NCBI RefSeq assembly: GCF_030144855.1
Contig: NW_026779065.1
Span: forward strand, 124,001 to 162,655
DNA: 38,655 bases
Reading direction: 5' to 3'
Source: Hypanus sabinus
Lineage: Eukaryota
Under the pieces are notes generated by a model. The model saw only the letters and a list, made by a program, of their open reading frames with translations, did not search any database and was not told the DNA's origin. Numbering within the stretch: position 1 is the stretch's first letter; the number at the start of each line of letters is the position of its first letter. Shown piece by piece: positions 22,872 to 33,814 of this stretch. The position numbers and the translations under genes are program-made.

Positions 22872-23012
22872 NNNNNNNNNNNNNNNNNNNNNNNNNNNNN
22901 NNNNNNNNNNNNNNNNNNNNNNNNNNNNNNNNNNNNNNNNNNNNNNNNNNNNNNNNNNNNNNNNNNNNNNNNNNNNNNNNNNNNNNNNNNNNNNNNNNNN
23001 NNNNNNNNNNNN
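22872..23012. other. Assembly gap (141 N)
   Basis: N run. Confidence 1.
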
Positions 23013-23234
23013 ACTATTCAGCCCATCGAGTCTGACCCACCATTCGGCCATGCTCATTGGGTGAGGATCGGACATCACGCCTATTACACATCGCACAACA
23101 GTGCGAATCTCCGGGTTAATCGGAGAGTGGCCATGGTCTGTCGATAACACCAAACTCTTCCATCTGTCTTGCTTCCGCGACCTTTGATGATCAATTGAGA
23201 GAAATTGGAGTCTAATCTGATTTCTGTCCGACAG

Positions 23235-23528
23235 GGATTCTGACCGCCAACGTGGAGCAATCGCCTTCCTCCCTGTCAGTCGCAGAGGGAGAGCCGGCCA
23301 CTCTGTCGTGTACGCTGCTGAATAGGGTGTATACAAATATGTTCTGGTACAGACAGCGATCCGGCCGGGCAATTGATGTTCTCTTCTATTCTGCTGGGCA
23401 AGGTTCAGCTATGAACTACACATCTGATTCCTACGCGGCGACCAGATCCAGCGACTCTCTGTTTAAACTGGAACTGAGGTGGGCACCGTCCTTCCACTCC
23501 GCCGTCTACTTCTGCGCTTGTAGTAGCG
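23235..23528 (+). CDS. TRBV: TCR V exon V3, apparently functional
   Basis: Acceptor TTTCTGTCCGACAG. ILTANVEQSPSSLSVAEGEPATLSCTLLNRVYTNMFWYRQRSGRAIDVLFYSAGQGSAMNYTSDSYAATRSSDSLFKLELRWAPSFHSAVYFCACSS has no stops. Confidence 0.92.
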
Positions 23529-23567
23529 CACAGAGCTTGATGTAAAGGGTCTCTCAGTACAAAAACC
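23529..23567 (+). promoter_or_regulatory. 23-RSS of V3
   Basis: CACAGAG + 23 nt + ACAAAAACC. Confidence 0.95.
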
Positions 23568-23606
23568 TTCCTGTTTATCACAAGGATGTTCAGAGTTCAT
23601 GTTACA

Positions 23607-23620
23607 CCACTAGGTGGCAG
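23607..23620 (+). promoter_or_regulatory. RSS-proximal CTCF motif (V3)
   Basis: CCACTAGGTGGCAG is 14/14 to CCASYAGRKGGCRS, 40 bp after the nonamer. Confidence 0.7.
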
Positions 23621-24450
23621 CACAGCATGGTGTATGACAGCCACTTATTCTGTCTCGAACCGGCAACACTTGTCCTGCTTTCTCCTCCTGCTCCAGTAAC
23701 CCCCGATATCACAGAGACAAGAATTCTACTTGATATGGCAAGTGCTTTACAGTTACCAGCAGGAAACTCCAGAAAAATAAACGTCCACACAGCTCAGTCG
23801 ATCTTGGAATCATCCCCTGTCTAACATTTCATTCTGTCAGAGGAGCGCAGTCGCCAGCCTCCAGTCGGGCGGAGGACTCAATGATCTGAATGTGCATACT
23901 AACTGTCGCAAGGGCAGCCTGTTCTCCCGCTGTTATTCAACTCTCGAGTGGCACATTATTACGGGAAGATGGCACATTGACGTGGACCGCTGACATCACG
24001 ATGAGCCTCATTGTGGTACTGTGCACCTGTTCCGCTTTCTTTCTGTAGCTCTTAAACTTTATTGATGTTTCCTATTTTACATCTGTGAACCGCGTACTGA
24101 CTTTATATCTGTGAACAAGCTTGTGACTGCATCTTGTTAGAGGTGACAATAACAAGTCGGTGTCAATACCAGCAGCGGTATCCGCCATAGCTGCTGACTG
24201 ACCCGCTGGAGTTTTCCTACTACATTGCAGATGGTATGAAATTGAGCGGTAAAACAAATTGTCACGGGTGAACACATGAAGCCGCGCTCCTCAACCCTAC
24301 CTTAGATGATACGTAAGAGCCGTCCACTCACGATTGCAAAGACCCATAGCATTACCATCGGCTACTAGCGACAGTCTGTAGAATGCAGGTAGACTGAAGG
24401 CTGCATATTAATATGGCCTATATTCATATTCCGCCAATGATCCCGAGTCT

Positions 24451-24464
24451 GCTGCAGGGGGCGC
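24451..24464 (+). promoter_or_regulatory. CTCF-like motif
   Basis: GCTGCAGGGGGCGC is 12/14 and paralogous to 19048. Confidence 0.5.
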
Positions 24465-24490
24465 TGTTGGACCATGAAGTACCTAATGTG

Positions 24491-24744
24491 CAGATCCGTT
24501 TGTCGGCAGAACAGCTGCATTCTAACGGGAGTCTGAGATGTCGGGTCGTGAAAACTGTCCTATCATCGGGCAGCGACTATCCTTCGCAAGATTTCTTGTC
24601 CTGTTAGCAGTACCGGATACACTGCAATTCAACCATTGCGCTGTCGAATAGGACGGCGTGGCAACCAACGCTCAAACTCTACCACCCTATCCCTTGGAAA
24701 TGATGCGGCAGTTCCTTCCACGTCCTTGAGCGCTTTAGCTATTT
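24491..24744 (-). pseudogene. Decayed V-like relic Vb
   Basis: Acceptor after a long CT tract. In phase-1 frame, *IAVYP falls at the position of V1 WYRQYP. Ends RMQLFC..CTG|CACATTA, like V2 RLQL..CTG|CACAGCG. Confidence 0.35.
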
Positions 24745-24792
24745 CTATTGCAGTTAACAAGAATTACGTCAACATGTAATGAGTAGTTCAAG

Positions 24793-24794
<2 letters not shown>

Positions 24795-24842
<48 letters not shown>

Positions 24843-25060
24843 AAAGTGGGGAGGTGAACAAACAGTGATACAGCCGAACGATAGAGAGATAGATTGATAG
24901 ATTGAGCGAATAGATACATGGACGGCGAGATGAAGGAAGAAACTGGCGGAAAAGAAGAAAGGAAGTCGGAAAGTGAAAGAAAATGGAAAGAAGATTGAAT
25001 GAATGAGAAGGAGAGAGACAGACAGAAGGAAAGAAACAAAGAAAGTTAATTTATTATCAA
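24795..25060 (+). repeat. (GA)n microsatellite and purine-rich tract
   Basis: About 20 GA units at 24800-24840, then GA-rich sequence. Confidence 0.9.
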
Positions 25061-25730
25061 CGGAAGTGCAGCTTTCCACATGATACCCCGAGATTCGATT
25101 TGAGACAGGTACTCACAGTATAATAAATAAGAACAATAGAATAAATGGGGGAAATAATTACACAGAATGATAGAAAATTGAAGCAGCGTTATAAAGATAA
25201 ACGGGCAAACAAACAGAAATTAATAATTCAGAAATAAGCAGGTAGATAGAGAAATAGAGAAATATATAAATAAGTAAATAAATAGACCGATAAGTAAATA
25301 TAAAACAAAATATATATGTAAAGAACGATAAATAAATATATAAATAACTGCTAGACTTTCAAAACAATACATTGAATACACGAGGTGCAGAAAGTGAGTC
25401 CTGTTCAATGTCGTGATCAGTGAATTTACTAAAGAGTGGTAAAGGACTGTGTTGGTTGAAAGACTGTAACATTATTCGTCAACGCGGTCGTCTGGGTCCT
25501 GAGGTTCCTCTACCAAGTCCAGATAGCAGCAGCGAGAAGAGAGGTTGGCCGACATGGCGAGTATCCTTAACGATGGAGGATGTTTTCTCGTCATTCCATG
25601 CTCCCATGTGGATATGATCATTGATCAGACGGGCCTCTGGTGGACTGGGCCGCATCCACCACTAATGTCCCAGCCAAATCTCAAAAGGCTTAGACGTTGC
25701 CATGCCTTCTTTGGAATTAGAATCGAATCT

Positions 25731-25990
25731 ATTCCGGCCGTGCACGTGGAGCAGTCGCCGACTTCTCTGCCGATTGTAATGGGACAGTCAACCACAGATC
25801 AATGCGGAACACGGGCTGCACCATTTTGTATTCGTACAGACAGCGACCCGTCCAGGCAGAAGTAACTCTCCTCTATTCCGCCGGGAGAGGTCTAATCAAC
25901 AGCTACACATCTGAGACCTACACGACCACGGAAACCAGCAGCACTGTCTCGCACACTCACCCCGCCATCTATTTCTGCGCCAAGAGTAGG
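25731..25990 (+). pseudogene. TRBV: TCR V pseudogene V6 (V3 family)
   Basis: AVHVEQSPTSL..QC, a frameshift, LYSYRQRP (W to S), LLYSAGRG..SYTSETY, an FR3 deletion, then HPAIYFCAKS. No acceptor and no RSS. Confidence 0.85.
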
Positions 25991-26387
25991 GCCTCTAATC
26001 TTCTCCTGACCTTTCCTACCGTTTCTCAAACAGGCCACTTATTTTGAGGGTATGATGAAGTGGCGTTTAGTTTCTGCAATCGAAGCAAAACACGGTTGAA
26101 GCTCTATTATGGTTTCAGAATTCCTGTCCTCGGGAACATTGGCCAATCATTTAAATCCGGCTTCCCATGGATGTGCGCCTCCCAACTTCAAATCGACCGA
26201 ACGTATCTGCATTGCATGAACTCACCTCGGGCATCATCGTCAGTCCGAAAGCGTTCACCGTAGTACAAGTGACTTCATCGCCACTACAACAAGTAAAATC
26301 TCGTTCCTTTATCAGACCACACAGAGAGACTTCCCTGAGAACTGGCTCTGACCTTCACATAGAGGAAATATTCTCATCCTGTAGAAG

Positions 26388-26436
26388 ATGGTGCGGAGGG
26401 TTGTTTGCCTCCCGCTGATCGTGACGATGATCCCAG
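26388..26436 (+). pseudogene. TRBV: Leader exon of V4
   Basis: MVRRVVCLPLIVTMIP + G|GTAAGT is 49 nt. Decamer-like AGTGACTTCA lies at 26268-26277. Confidence 0.8.
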
Positions 26437-26983
26437 GTAAGTACAAATCACAGATCTCCGGGAAAGGGTGTTGAACGACTTGCTTCAGCATCGCACGTGG
26501 TTGGGCTTGGCAGATCTTCTCGACATGAGGCCGAAGGTTTGATGCCTGCCTTGCTACTCATGAGCCGAATGTGAAAGCGCCTTCCCACTGATAAATCCTT
26601 GCCGCGCTGGTCGAACAGACCCGACTAAAATTGCTCGTCTCCTTCGGTTTCGCTAAGCTCGGAAGGGGGTATCGGGATTACTCCGAGGGTGCATGGGGAG
26701 TGTGCGCCAAAATTGAACCTGGACCAAATTAGATTATGCTAGACGACCTATTGTCCTCCGCTTCCTCACTGCGGTTCGAAGAATCCCCTTTTGTCTGAGT
26801 TAGAGTATGTGTGTGTCGGGATGGTGCATTGCCCCTATTTCACGGCGCAGAACAGTGTGAAATTTCGGATAACCAGAAAGGGTTAGGGTTTTCGGGAAAG
26901 TCAACCCTTTCCTTCTCTCTGGAGACCTCGAGCTGGTCAACAACGGAGGGAAATTGGAGACTAAACGATTTTCTGTGTTACAT

Positions 26984-27167
26984 GGATTCTGGCCGCGATC
27001 GTCGAGCAGTCGCCTTCCTCCTTGTCAGTCGGAGAGGGTGAGACGGCGAGCGTCTCGTGTACGCTGCTGAAAACCGCCTATACACGCATGTATTGGTACA
27101 GGCAGCGTCCCGGCCAGGCAATAGATTGTCTCTTCTATTCTATTGACAAGGTTCAGTTACGAACTAC
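26984..27167 (+). pseudogene. TRBV: V4 exon, 5' part (FR1-CDR2)
   Basis: ILAAIVEQSPSSLSVGEGETASVSCTLLKTAYTRMYWYRQRPGQAIDCLFYS. The acceptor AG is mutated to AT (26982-26983), and there is a 1-nt deletion in CDR2 versus V3. Confidence 0.92.
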
Positions 27168-28014
27168 TGTTACGTACTCGTGACACATGACAGTGGAGCC
27201 CTTGTCATGTGACTGGGGTTGAAGCTGTACTGGACTTGAGGTGATGGTCTTGTGATGGTGGAATGATGTCATTTTCCCGCCAGTAGAGATCATGTGACGG
27301 TTTTTTTTTACAGGTTATAAAAGGTAGACCCCACCCTGTGAGGAGGGGCAGTTTGTGGCTGGATTTGCCAGGTTGACTTCATGCCACTGCGTGTTTTAAG
27401 AGATGACGCAGTTTAGTTGAAGGATGAAGTTTTTATTTAATGCCTAAAGTTTAAAAGGTTATTGCCAGCAGGTTCTTTATGATTCTGTTAGTTCGAGGAA
27501 ATTAGAGGAGAGTGAAGATTCGAAGTTGGAAGTTAAAGATCGAGGAGAATCACTTTCTACGGTGAAACGGGGGCGACCTTTGTTTGATCCTTATTTGGAA
27601 GGATTTCGTTGACTATCTTCGTGTTAATCCCTAGGTTTACCTAGAAAGAATTGGAGGTAGTGGAGAAGGAAAGGTCAGTGCGTTTAAGCCGTTCTGTTTC
27701 GTGAATTCTTCGTGGGAAGTTCGATGTCGGGGATCGAAGCAAGCGACGTGAAAGAGAATCTAAATCGTCCTATAAAGTCTCTCCTTTTAAATGGACTGTG
27801 AGCATATCGAACTTTTGGCAATACCACTTTAAAGAACTGTTTTTTTGGAATATCACTTTACGAACTGTTTGGGCTGCCGCTCAGCAGCTGTTTCCTGTTA
27901 CGGTAGTGTTTGTTTACTTTTGGGGGGTTTGTTTTCTGTGTTTAATAAACGTGTTGTTTGTTATAAGATACCCTTACCGATCTCATATATTTATTGTTGC
28001 CTGAATACGTAACA
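27168..28014 (+). repeat. 5' LTR (847 bp)
   Basis: TGTTACGTA...TACGTAACA 9-bp terminal inverted repeat; direct repeat of 32821-33662. Confidence 0.96.
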
Positions 28015-28021
28015 TTAAATA

Positions 28022-28043
28022 TGGGGGCTGCGTCTGGATTGAA
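28022..28043 (+). promoter_or_regulatory. Primer-binding site, tRNA-Pro-like
   Basis: TGGGGGCTGCGTCTGGATTGAA versus the complement of the tRNA-Pro 3' end, TGGGGGCTCGTCCGGGATTTGAA. Confidence 0.75.
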
Positions 28044-28140
28044 ACTTTTGAGTTTAAATGCTTGCTGACTTTTTAATCGGTGTTTTGGAAACGGGGATTA
28101 CTCGGTTCTTTTGTTTGGCTTGTTGTGGTATTCGGCAGCA

Positions 28141-29200
28141 ATGAATATTGATGAGTTTCTGGCTTCGCCAGCTGCGGAGGTGTTGGCGAAGGCGAAAAAA
28201 ACTGAGCTGTTTGAGATAGCTAGTAGATTGCGACTTGAAGGTATTTTGCAGACTACTTCTAAGGCTGTGATACAGAGAAAAATCGCGTCATACTATGTGG
28301 ATTCGGGTGTTTTTGATGAATCGATTTTAGAGTCGTTTCCAATAAGTAATCTGGAGATGCAGTTGCAAATCGAACAAATGAAATTGGAGAGGTGTAAATT
28401 GGAGATGGAACAAAAGCAGAGAGAATTTGCATATGCAATGGAGGAATTAAAGTCTGGGAATCAGTCTTCTGGTTCTAAAAAAACGTTTGTTGCTAGTCAA
28501 GAAGTTAAATTGGTCCCTCCATTTAGTGAAACAGAAGTGGAAAGGTATTTTCAACATTTTGAAACTATTGCTCGGATGTCAGAGTGGCCGAAAGATAAAT
28601 GGTCAGTGTTGTTACAGAGTGTAATTAAAGGCAAAGCACAACAAGTTTACTCAGCTTTAACAGCTGCGCAAGCTCTTGATAATGATATTGTAAAGAGGCA
28701 TATCTTAAACGCATATGAGTTAGTCCCAGAAGCATATAGGGAAAGATTCAGAAGTTTGAAAAAGTCTGTGGAAAAAACTTATGTGGAATTTGCCTATGAT
28801 AAAGCTATGTGTTTTGAGAGATGGGTTTCTTCTAAAAATGTAAATGGGGACTATGATACATTGAGAGAGCTGATTTTAATGGAGGAATTTAAAAGAAGCA
28901 TTCCTGTTGAAGTAAGGACCTACTTAAATGATAAATTGCAGGACTGTGCTAGATTAGCTGATGAGTATGTTTTGATCCATAAGAACAAATTTCCTCAGGG
29001 CAGAATTTTTAAGAGGAAAAATAACACATCTGAAATCTGAAATTAAATCGGAGGTTAATGAGAAAGTTGATGAGAAAGGAAAGCCTGTGAAGGAAAGACG
29101 GTTTGGTCTTACTTGTAACTATTGTAAGAAGCCTGGCCATGTAATAGCTAACTGTTACAAATTGTAAAAGAAAGAGAAGGAAGCAGTTCCAGATGCTTGT
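28141..29200 (+). pseudogene. gag: gag (frameshifted) with zinc knuckle
   Basis: ORF MNIDEFLASP.., capsid-like YFQHFETIA..WPKDKW..LKKHIL-type region, and CNYCKKPGHVIANC at 29114-29155 in a shifted frame. Confidence 0.85.
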
Positions 29201-32200
29201 GTGCAACATACTGCAGCACCTGTAAAGTTACAGGGTTTGATAAAAACAAATGAGGCTTTGTTAGAGTCTGACCAAGTTAGAAAGGGATATGATCATTTTG
29301 TAACTGAAGGGTTTGTATCCTTGAAGGAAGGATCTACTCTGGTGCCAATAAAAATCCTTAGGGATACTGGTGCTTCTCAATCATTAATGTTAGACAGTGT
29401 GTTGAAGTTTGATGAAGAGTCTGATACTGGTGAGGTAAATTACATAAGAGGTGTTGGAAGTGATTTTATGCCTGTACATTTACATAAAGTAAATTTAAAA
29501 TCGGGGTTAGTTACTGGATTTGTTAAAGTAGGATTACAGCATAGCTTACTTGTGAAGGGTATTTCTTTATTGTTAGGTATTGACTTGGCAGGTGGACAAG
29601 TTTTTCCTGAAGTGCATTTGACAATGGAATCAGAGGAACCAGAGTTGAATTCTAACACAGATTCTTCCTGTGTTGTGACTAGAGCTATGGCTAAAAAGAT
29701 TGATGCGCAGAATGAGGTTGTTATTCAGGACTGTTCAACCCAGGATTCGAGTTTTGAGGATGTGTCAGAGACTTTCTTATCTTCGTTGTTTGAACAAGAT
29801 TCTGGGAGTAAGTCTGACTATAAAGATTTATCTTTGTCTAGGAAGGAGATGATAGCAGAGCAGAATAGAGACTCTGAGATTATAAAATTAAAAGAGCAGG
29901 TTTTACTAGATAGTGAAATTGATAAGGTGCCAGTAAGATATTACTTGGAAAAAGGAGTGTTGATGAGGAAGTGGAGATCGCCTACAATTCCTGCAAGTGA
30001 GGATTGGAATGTTGTTTACCAGGTAGTTGTTCCAAAAGCTTATCGAAATGAGATTTTGACTTTAGCTCATAGTGTGCCTTTAGGTGGACATCAAGGAAAA
30101 CTGTGGACAAGATTTTAAAACATTTTTACTGGCCTGGTCTAAGAAAAGATCTGGCGATGTTTTGTAAAAAGTGCCATACTTGTCAAATTGTGGGTAAACC
30201 TAATCAGGTTACACCAGTAGCTCCATTACAACCTATCCCAGCATTTGGTGAACCATTTTCTAAAGTTATTGTAGATTGTGTTGGTCCATTACCAAAGACA
30301 AAAACTGGTTATCAGTATTTGTTGACTATCATGTGTACTTCTTCTAGGTTTCCAGAGGCAGTACCACTTAGGAATATAAAAGCTAAGACTGTGACAAAGG
30401 CCCTTATATATTTTTTTTACTTATTTTGGATTACCTAAGGAGATACAAACTGATCAAGGCAGTAATTTTATGTCTGGATTGTTTCAACAGATAGTTTATA
30501 AATTGGGAGCTAAGCAAATCACTTCGTCTGCATACCATCCAGAATCGCAGGGTACCTTGGAGAGGTTTCATTCTACCCTCAAGAATATGATTAGGACATT
30601 TTGTGTGGAAAATGTAAGTGACTGGAATGAGGGTATAAACTTACTTTTATTTGCAGTAAGGGAATCGGTACAGGAATCTTTAGGTTTTAGTCCATTTGAA
30701 CTTGTGTTTGGGCATAGAGTTAGAGGACCTTTAGCGTTGTTGAAAGAACAGTGGATTAATAAGGAAGTACACACTAATTTTTTGGACTATGTGTTGAAAT
30801 TTAAGGACTTGTTACATAAAGCTTGTAGCTTAGCTAAGGAAAATTTAAAGTTGGCTCAGGAGAAAATGAAGACTTGGTATGATAAAGACGCTAGGATGAG
30901 GATGTTTAAGCCTGGAGATAAGGTGTTGGTTCTTTTCCCAGTGCAGACAAATCCTTTACAAGCTAGATTTCATGGTCCTTATGAAATTGTGTCTGAAATC
31001 AATGATGTGGATTACGTGGTAAAAACTCCAGAACGTAGAAGGTCAACACAACTTTGCCATATAAATATGTTGAAACCATATTTTGCGAAACAATCTGATA
31101 CTGTGACTGTTGTGGTTAGTGAGACTGAGTTTGATTTAACTAGGAACATGATAGATGATTCATCTGACTTTCATTCTAAATCCAACATTGTTTCTGTTAG
31201 GTTACCAAATTCAACCATTCTGGAAAATATTGATGAAAAATTAGCACATTTACAGTTAGATCAGAGACAACAGATGGAGTTGATTTTTAAATATAGGGAG
31301 TTGTTTCCAGATGTTCCGAGAAGGACTACTATAGCTTCACATGATGTAGATGTTGGGGATGCCAAACCTATTAAACAACATCCATATAGGATGAACATGG
31401 AAAAATGTGAACTTGCTGAGAAAGAAATTGAATATATGTTAGAGAATAATATCATTAGACATTCTAACTCGAATTGGAGTTCGCCATGTGTTATGGTGCC
31501 AAAGCCAGATGGTAGTATTAGGTTTTGTACAGATTATAGGAAGGTGAATGCTGTAAACTAAACAGATGCATATCCAATTCCTAGAGTAGATGATTGTGTA
31601 GATAAAGTTGGAAAGGCAAAGTTCCTTACAAAGATTGATTTATTGAAAGGGTATTGGTGTGTTCCATTAACGGACAGAGGTAGAGAGATTTCTGCATTTG
31701 TAACTCCATCTGGGTTTTATGAGTATAATGTTCTTCCATTTGGGGTGAAGAATGCCCCAGGTACTTTCCAGAGGATGATTAACTTTGTGATTCAGGGATT
31801 GAAAGATACTGATGCTTATATTGATGATTTAGTGACAGGAAATGATACTTGGGAAGCACACATTATTGCGATGGAGAAATTGTTTGAAAGGCTTTCAAAA
31901 GCTAACTTAACTATTAATTTAGCTAAGAGTGAATTTGGGCATGCCACTGTGACTTACCTTGGTTATGTTGTGGGTCAAGGTAAGGTAGCTCCTGTTCTGG
32001 CAAAAGTTCAGGCAATTTTAGAGATTCCCACTCCAACGGGGAAAAAAAAACTCTCAGAAGGTTTTTGGGAATGGTAGGATATTATCGGAAATTGTGTAAG
32101 AATGTTGCTAATGTTGCCCTTCCATTAACTAACCTTCTGCGGAAGAATGAGAAGTTTGTATGAACGGTGCCTTGTCAAGAAGCATTTGAAAAATTGAAAA

Positions 32201-32625
32201 CAATGATATGTCAACAACCTGTGCTTAAGGCACCTGACTTTGGAAAACCTTTTTCATTGGCTGTGGATACTAGTGATGAGGCTGCAGGAGCAGTATTAAT
32301 GCAAAGGAATAAGGGTGATGAGGTTGATCATCCAGTAGCTTACTTTTCTAAGAAATTTAATAAGCATCAAAGAAATTATTCGACAATAGAGAAAGAATTG
32401 TTATCTCTTGTTTTAGCTTTGGAATATTTTGAGGTATATGTTAGTACAACTCAGAAACCACTTATTGTTTACACTGATCATAATCCGTTAGTTTTTCTGA
32501 GTAAGATGAAAAACAAAAACAGAAGGTTATTAAATTGGAGTTTGATGTTACAAGAGTACAATATTGTGATGACTCATATTAAAGGTAAAGATAATGTGGT
32601 TTCTGATTGTCTATCTCGATGTTGA
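29201..32625 (+). pseudogene. pol: pol: protease, integrase, reverse transcriptase, RNase H (disrupted)
   Basis: LRDTGASQS (D at 29363); IN HHCC (AH..GH..CKKCHTC), VDCVGP, TDQGSNF, GTLERFH; RT FCTDYRKVN, YIDD at 31817-31828; RH LAVDTS..EKELL..TDHNPL..DCLSR. Confidence 0.93.
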
Positions 32626-32811
32626 ATGTACACTGTAATTTTTTTTTATGGAGTGTTTTTTTTTCAATTGTAACACTCCTACTGTATTCTGACTTATATG
32701 CTGTTATATACTGGTGTTGTGTATTGTATATGTTATAAAAATTATACCTTTGTTTTTCTTGTAAGCAATTGTTAAAAATTTTTGTTCTTGTCAGACCAAA
32801 AATGTTTTTTT

Positions 32812-32820
32812 GGAGGGAGG
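32812..32820 (+). promoter_or_regulatory. Polypurine tract
   Basis: GGAGGGAGG, preceded by a T run, abuts the 3' LTR. Confidence 0.85.
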
Positions 32821-33662
32821 TGTTACGTACTCGTGACACATGACAGTGGAGCCCTTGTCATGTGACGAGTTGAAGCTGTACTGGACTTGAGGTGATGGTC
32901 TTGTGATGGTGGAATGATGTCATGTTCCCGCCAGTAGAGATCATGTGACGGTTTTTTTTACAGGTTATAAAAGGTAGACCCCACCCTGTGAGGAGGGGCA
33001 GTTCGTGGCTGGATTTGCCAGGTTGACTTCATGCCACTGCGTGTTTTAATCTATGACGCAATTTAGTTGAAGGATGAAGTTTTTATTTAATGCCTAAAGT
33101 TTAAAAGGTTATTGCCAGCAGGTTCTTTATGATTCTGTTAGTTCGAGGAAATTAGAGGAGAGTGAAGATTCGAAGTTGGAAGTTAAAGATCGAGGAGAAT
33201 CGCTTTCTACGGTGCAACGGGGGCGACCTTTGTTTGATCCTTATTTGGAAGGATTTCGTTGACTATCTTCGTGTCAATCCCTAGGTTTACCTAGAAAGGA
33301 TTGGAGGTAGTGGAGAAGGAAAGGTCAGTGCCTTTAAGCCGTTCTGTTTCGTGAATTCTTCGTGGGAAGTTCGATGTCGGGGTTCGAAGCAAGCGACGTG
33401 AAAGAGAATCTAAATCGTCCTATAAAGTCTCTCCTTTTAAATGGACTGTGAGCATATCGAACTTTTGGCAATACCACTTTAAAGAACTGTTTTTGGAATA
33501 TCACTTTACTAACTGTTTGGACAGCCGCTCAGCAGCTGTTTCCGGTTACGGTAGTGTTTGTTTACTTTTGGGGGGTTTGTTGTCTGTGTTTAATAAACGT
33601 GATGTTTGTTATAAGAAACCCTTGCCGATCTCATATATTTATTGTTGCCTGAATACATAACA
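32821..33662 (+). repeat. 3' LTR (842 bp)
   Basis: About 97% identical to the 5' LTR by manual comparison; ends TACATAACA. Confidence 0.96.
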
Positions 33663-33775
33663 CTACACATCCGATTCCTTCACGGCGACAAGACCCAGCA
33701 GCACTCTGTTTGAACTGGAACTGGGACGGGCATCGGACTCCCAATCTGCCGTCTACTACTGCGCTTGTAGTAGAG
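33663..33775 (+). pseudogene. TRBV: V4 exon, 3' part (FR3)
   Basis: YTSDSFTATRPSSTLFELELGRASDSQSAVYYCACSR is collinear with V3 FR3. Confidence 0.92.
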
Positions 33776-33814
33776 CACAGAACTTCAGATAACGTGTCTC
33801 CCATTGCAAAAACC
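33776..33814 (+). promoter_or_regulatory. 23-RSS of V4
   Basis: CACAGAA + 23 nt + GCAAAAACC. Confidence 0.9.

Larger units (their letters stand above)
27168..33662 (+). mobile_element. Full-length, disabled Gmr1-like Ty3/gypsy LTR retrotransposon
   Basis: TG..CA LTRs, CTAC TSD (27164-27167 / 33663-33666), PBS, PPT, and gag-PR-IN-RT-RH order with several frameshifts and stops. Confidence 0.95.

Noticed and set aside
23133-23180. Alternative V3 leader close to the exon (ATGGTCTGTCGATAA)
   Set aside because: Early stop and no GT donor; the exon at 22330-22381 matches the family leaders far better.
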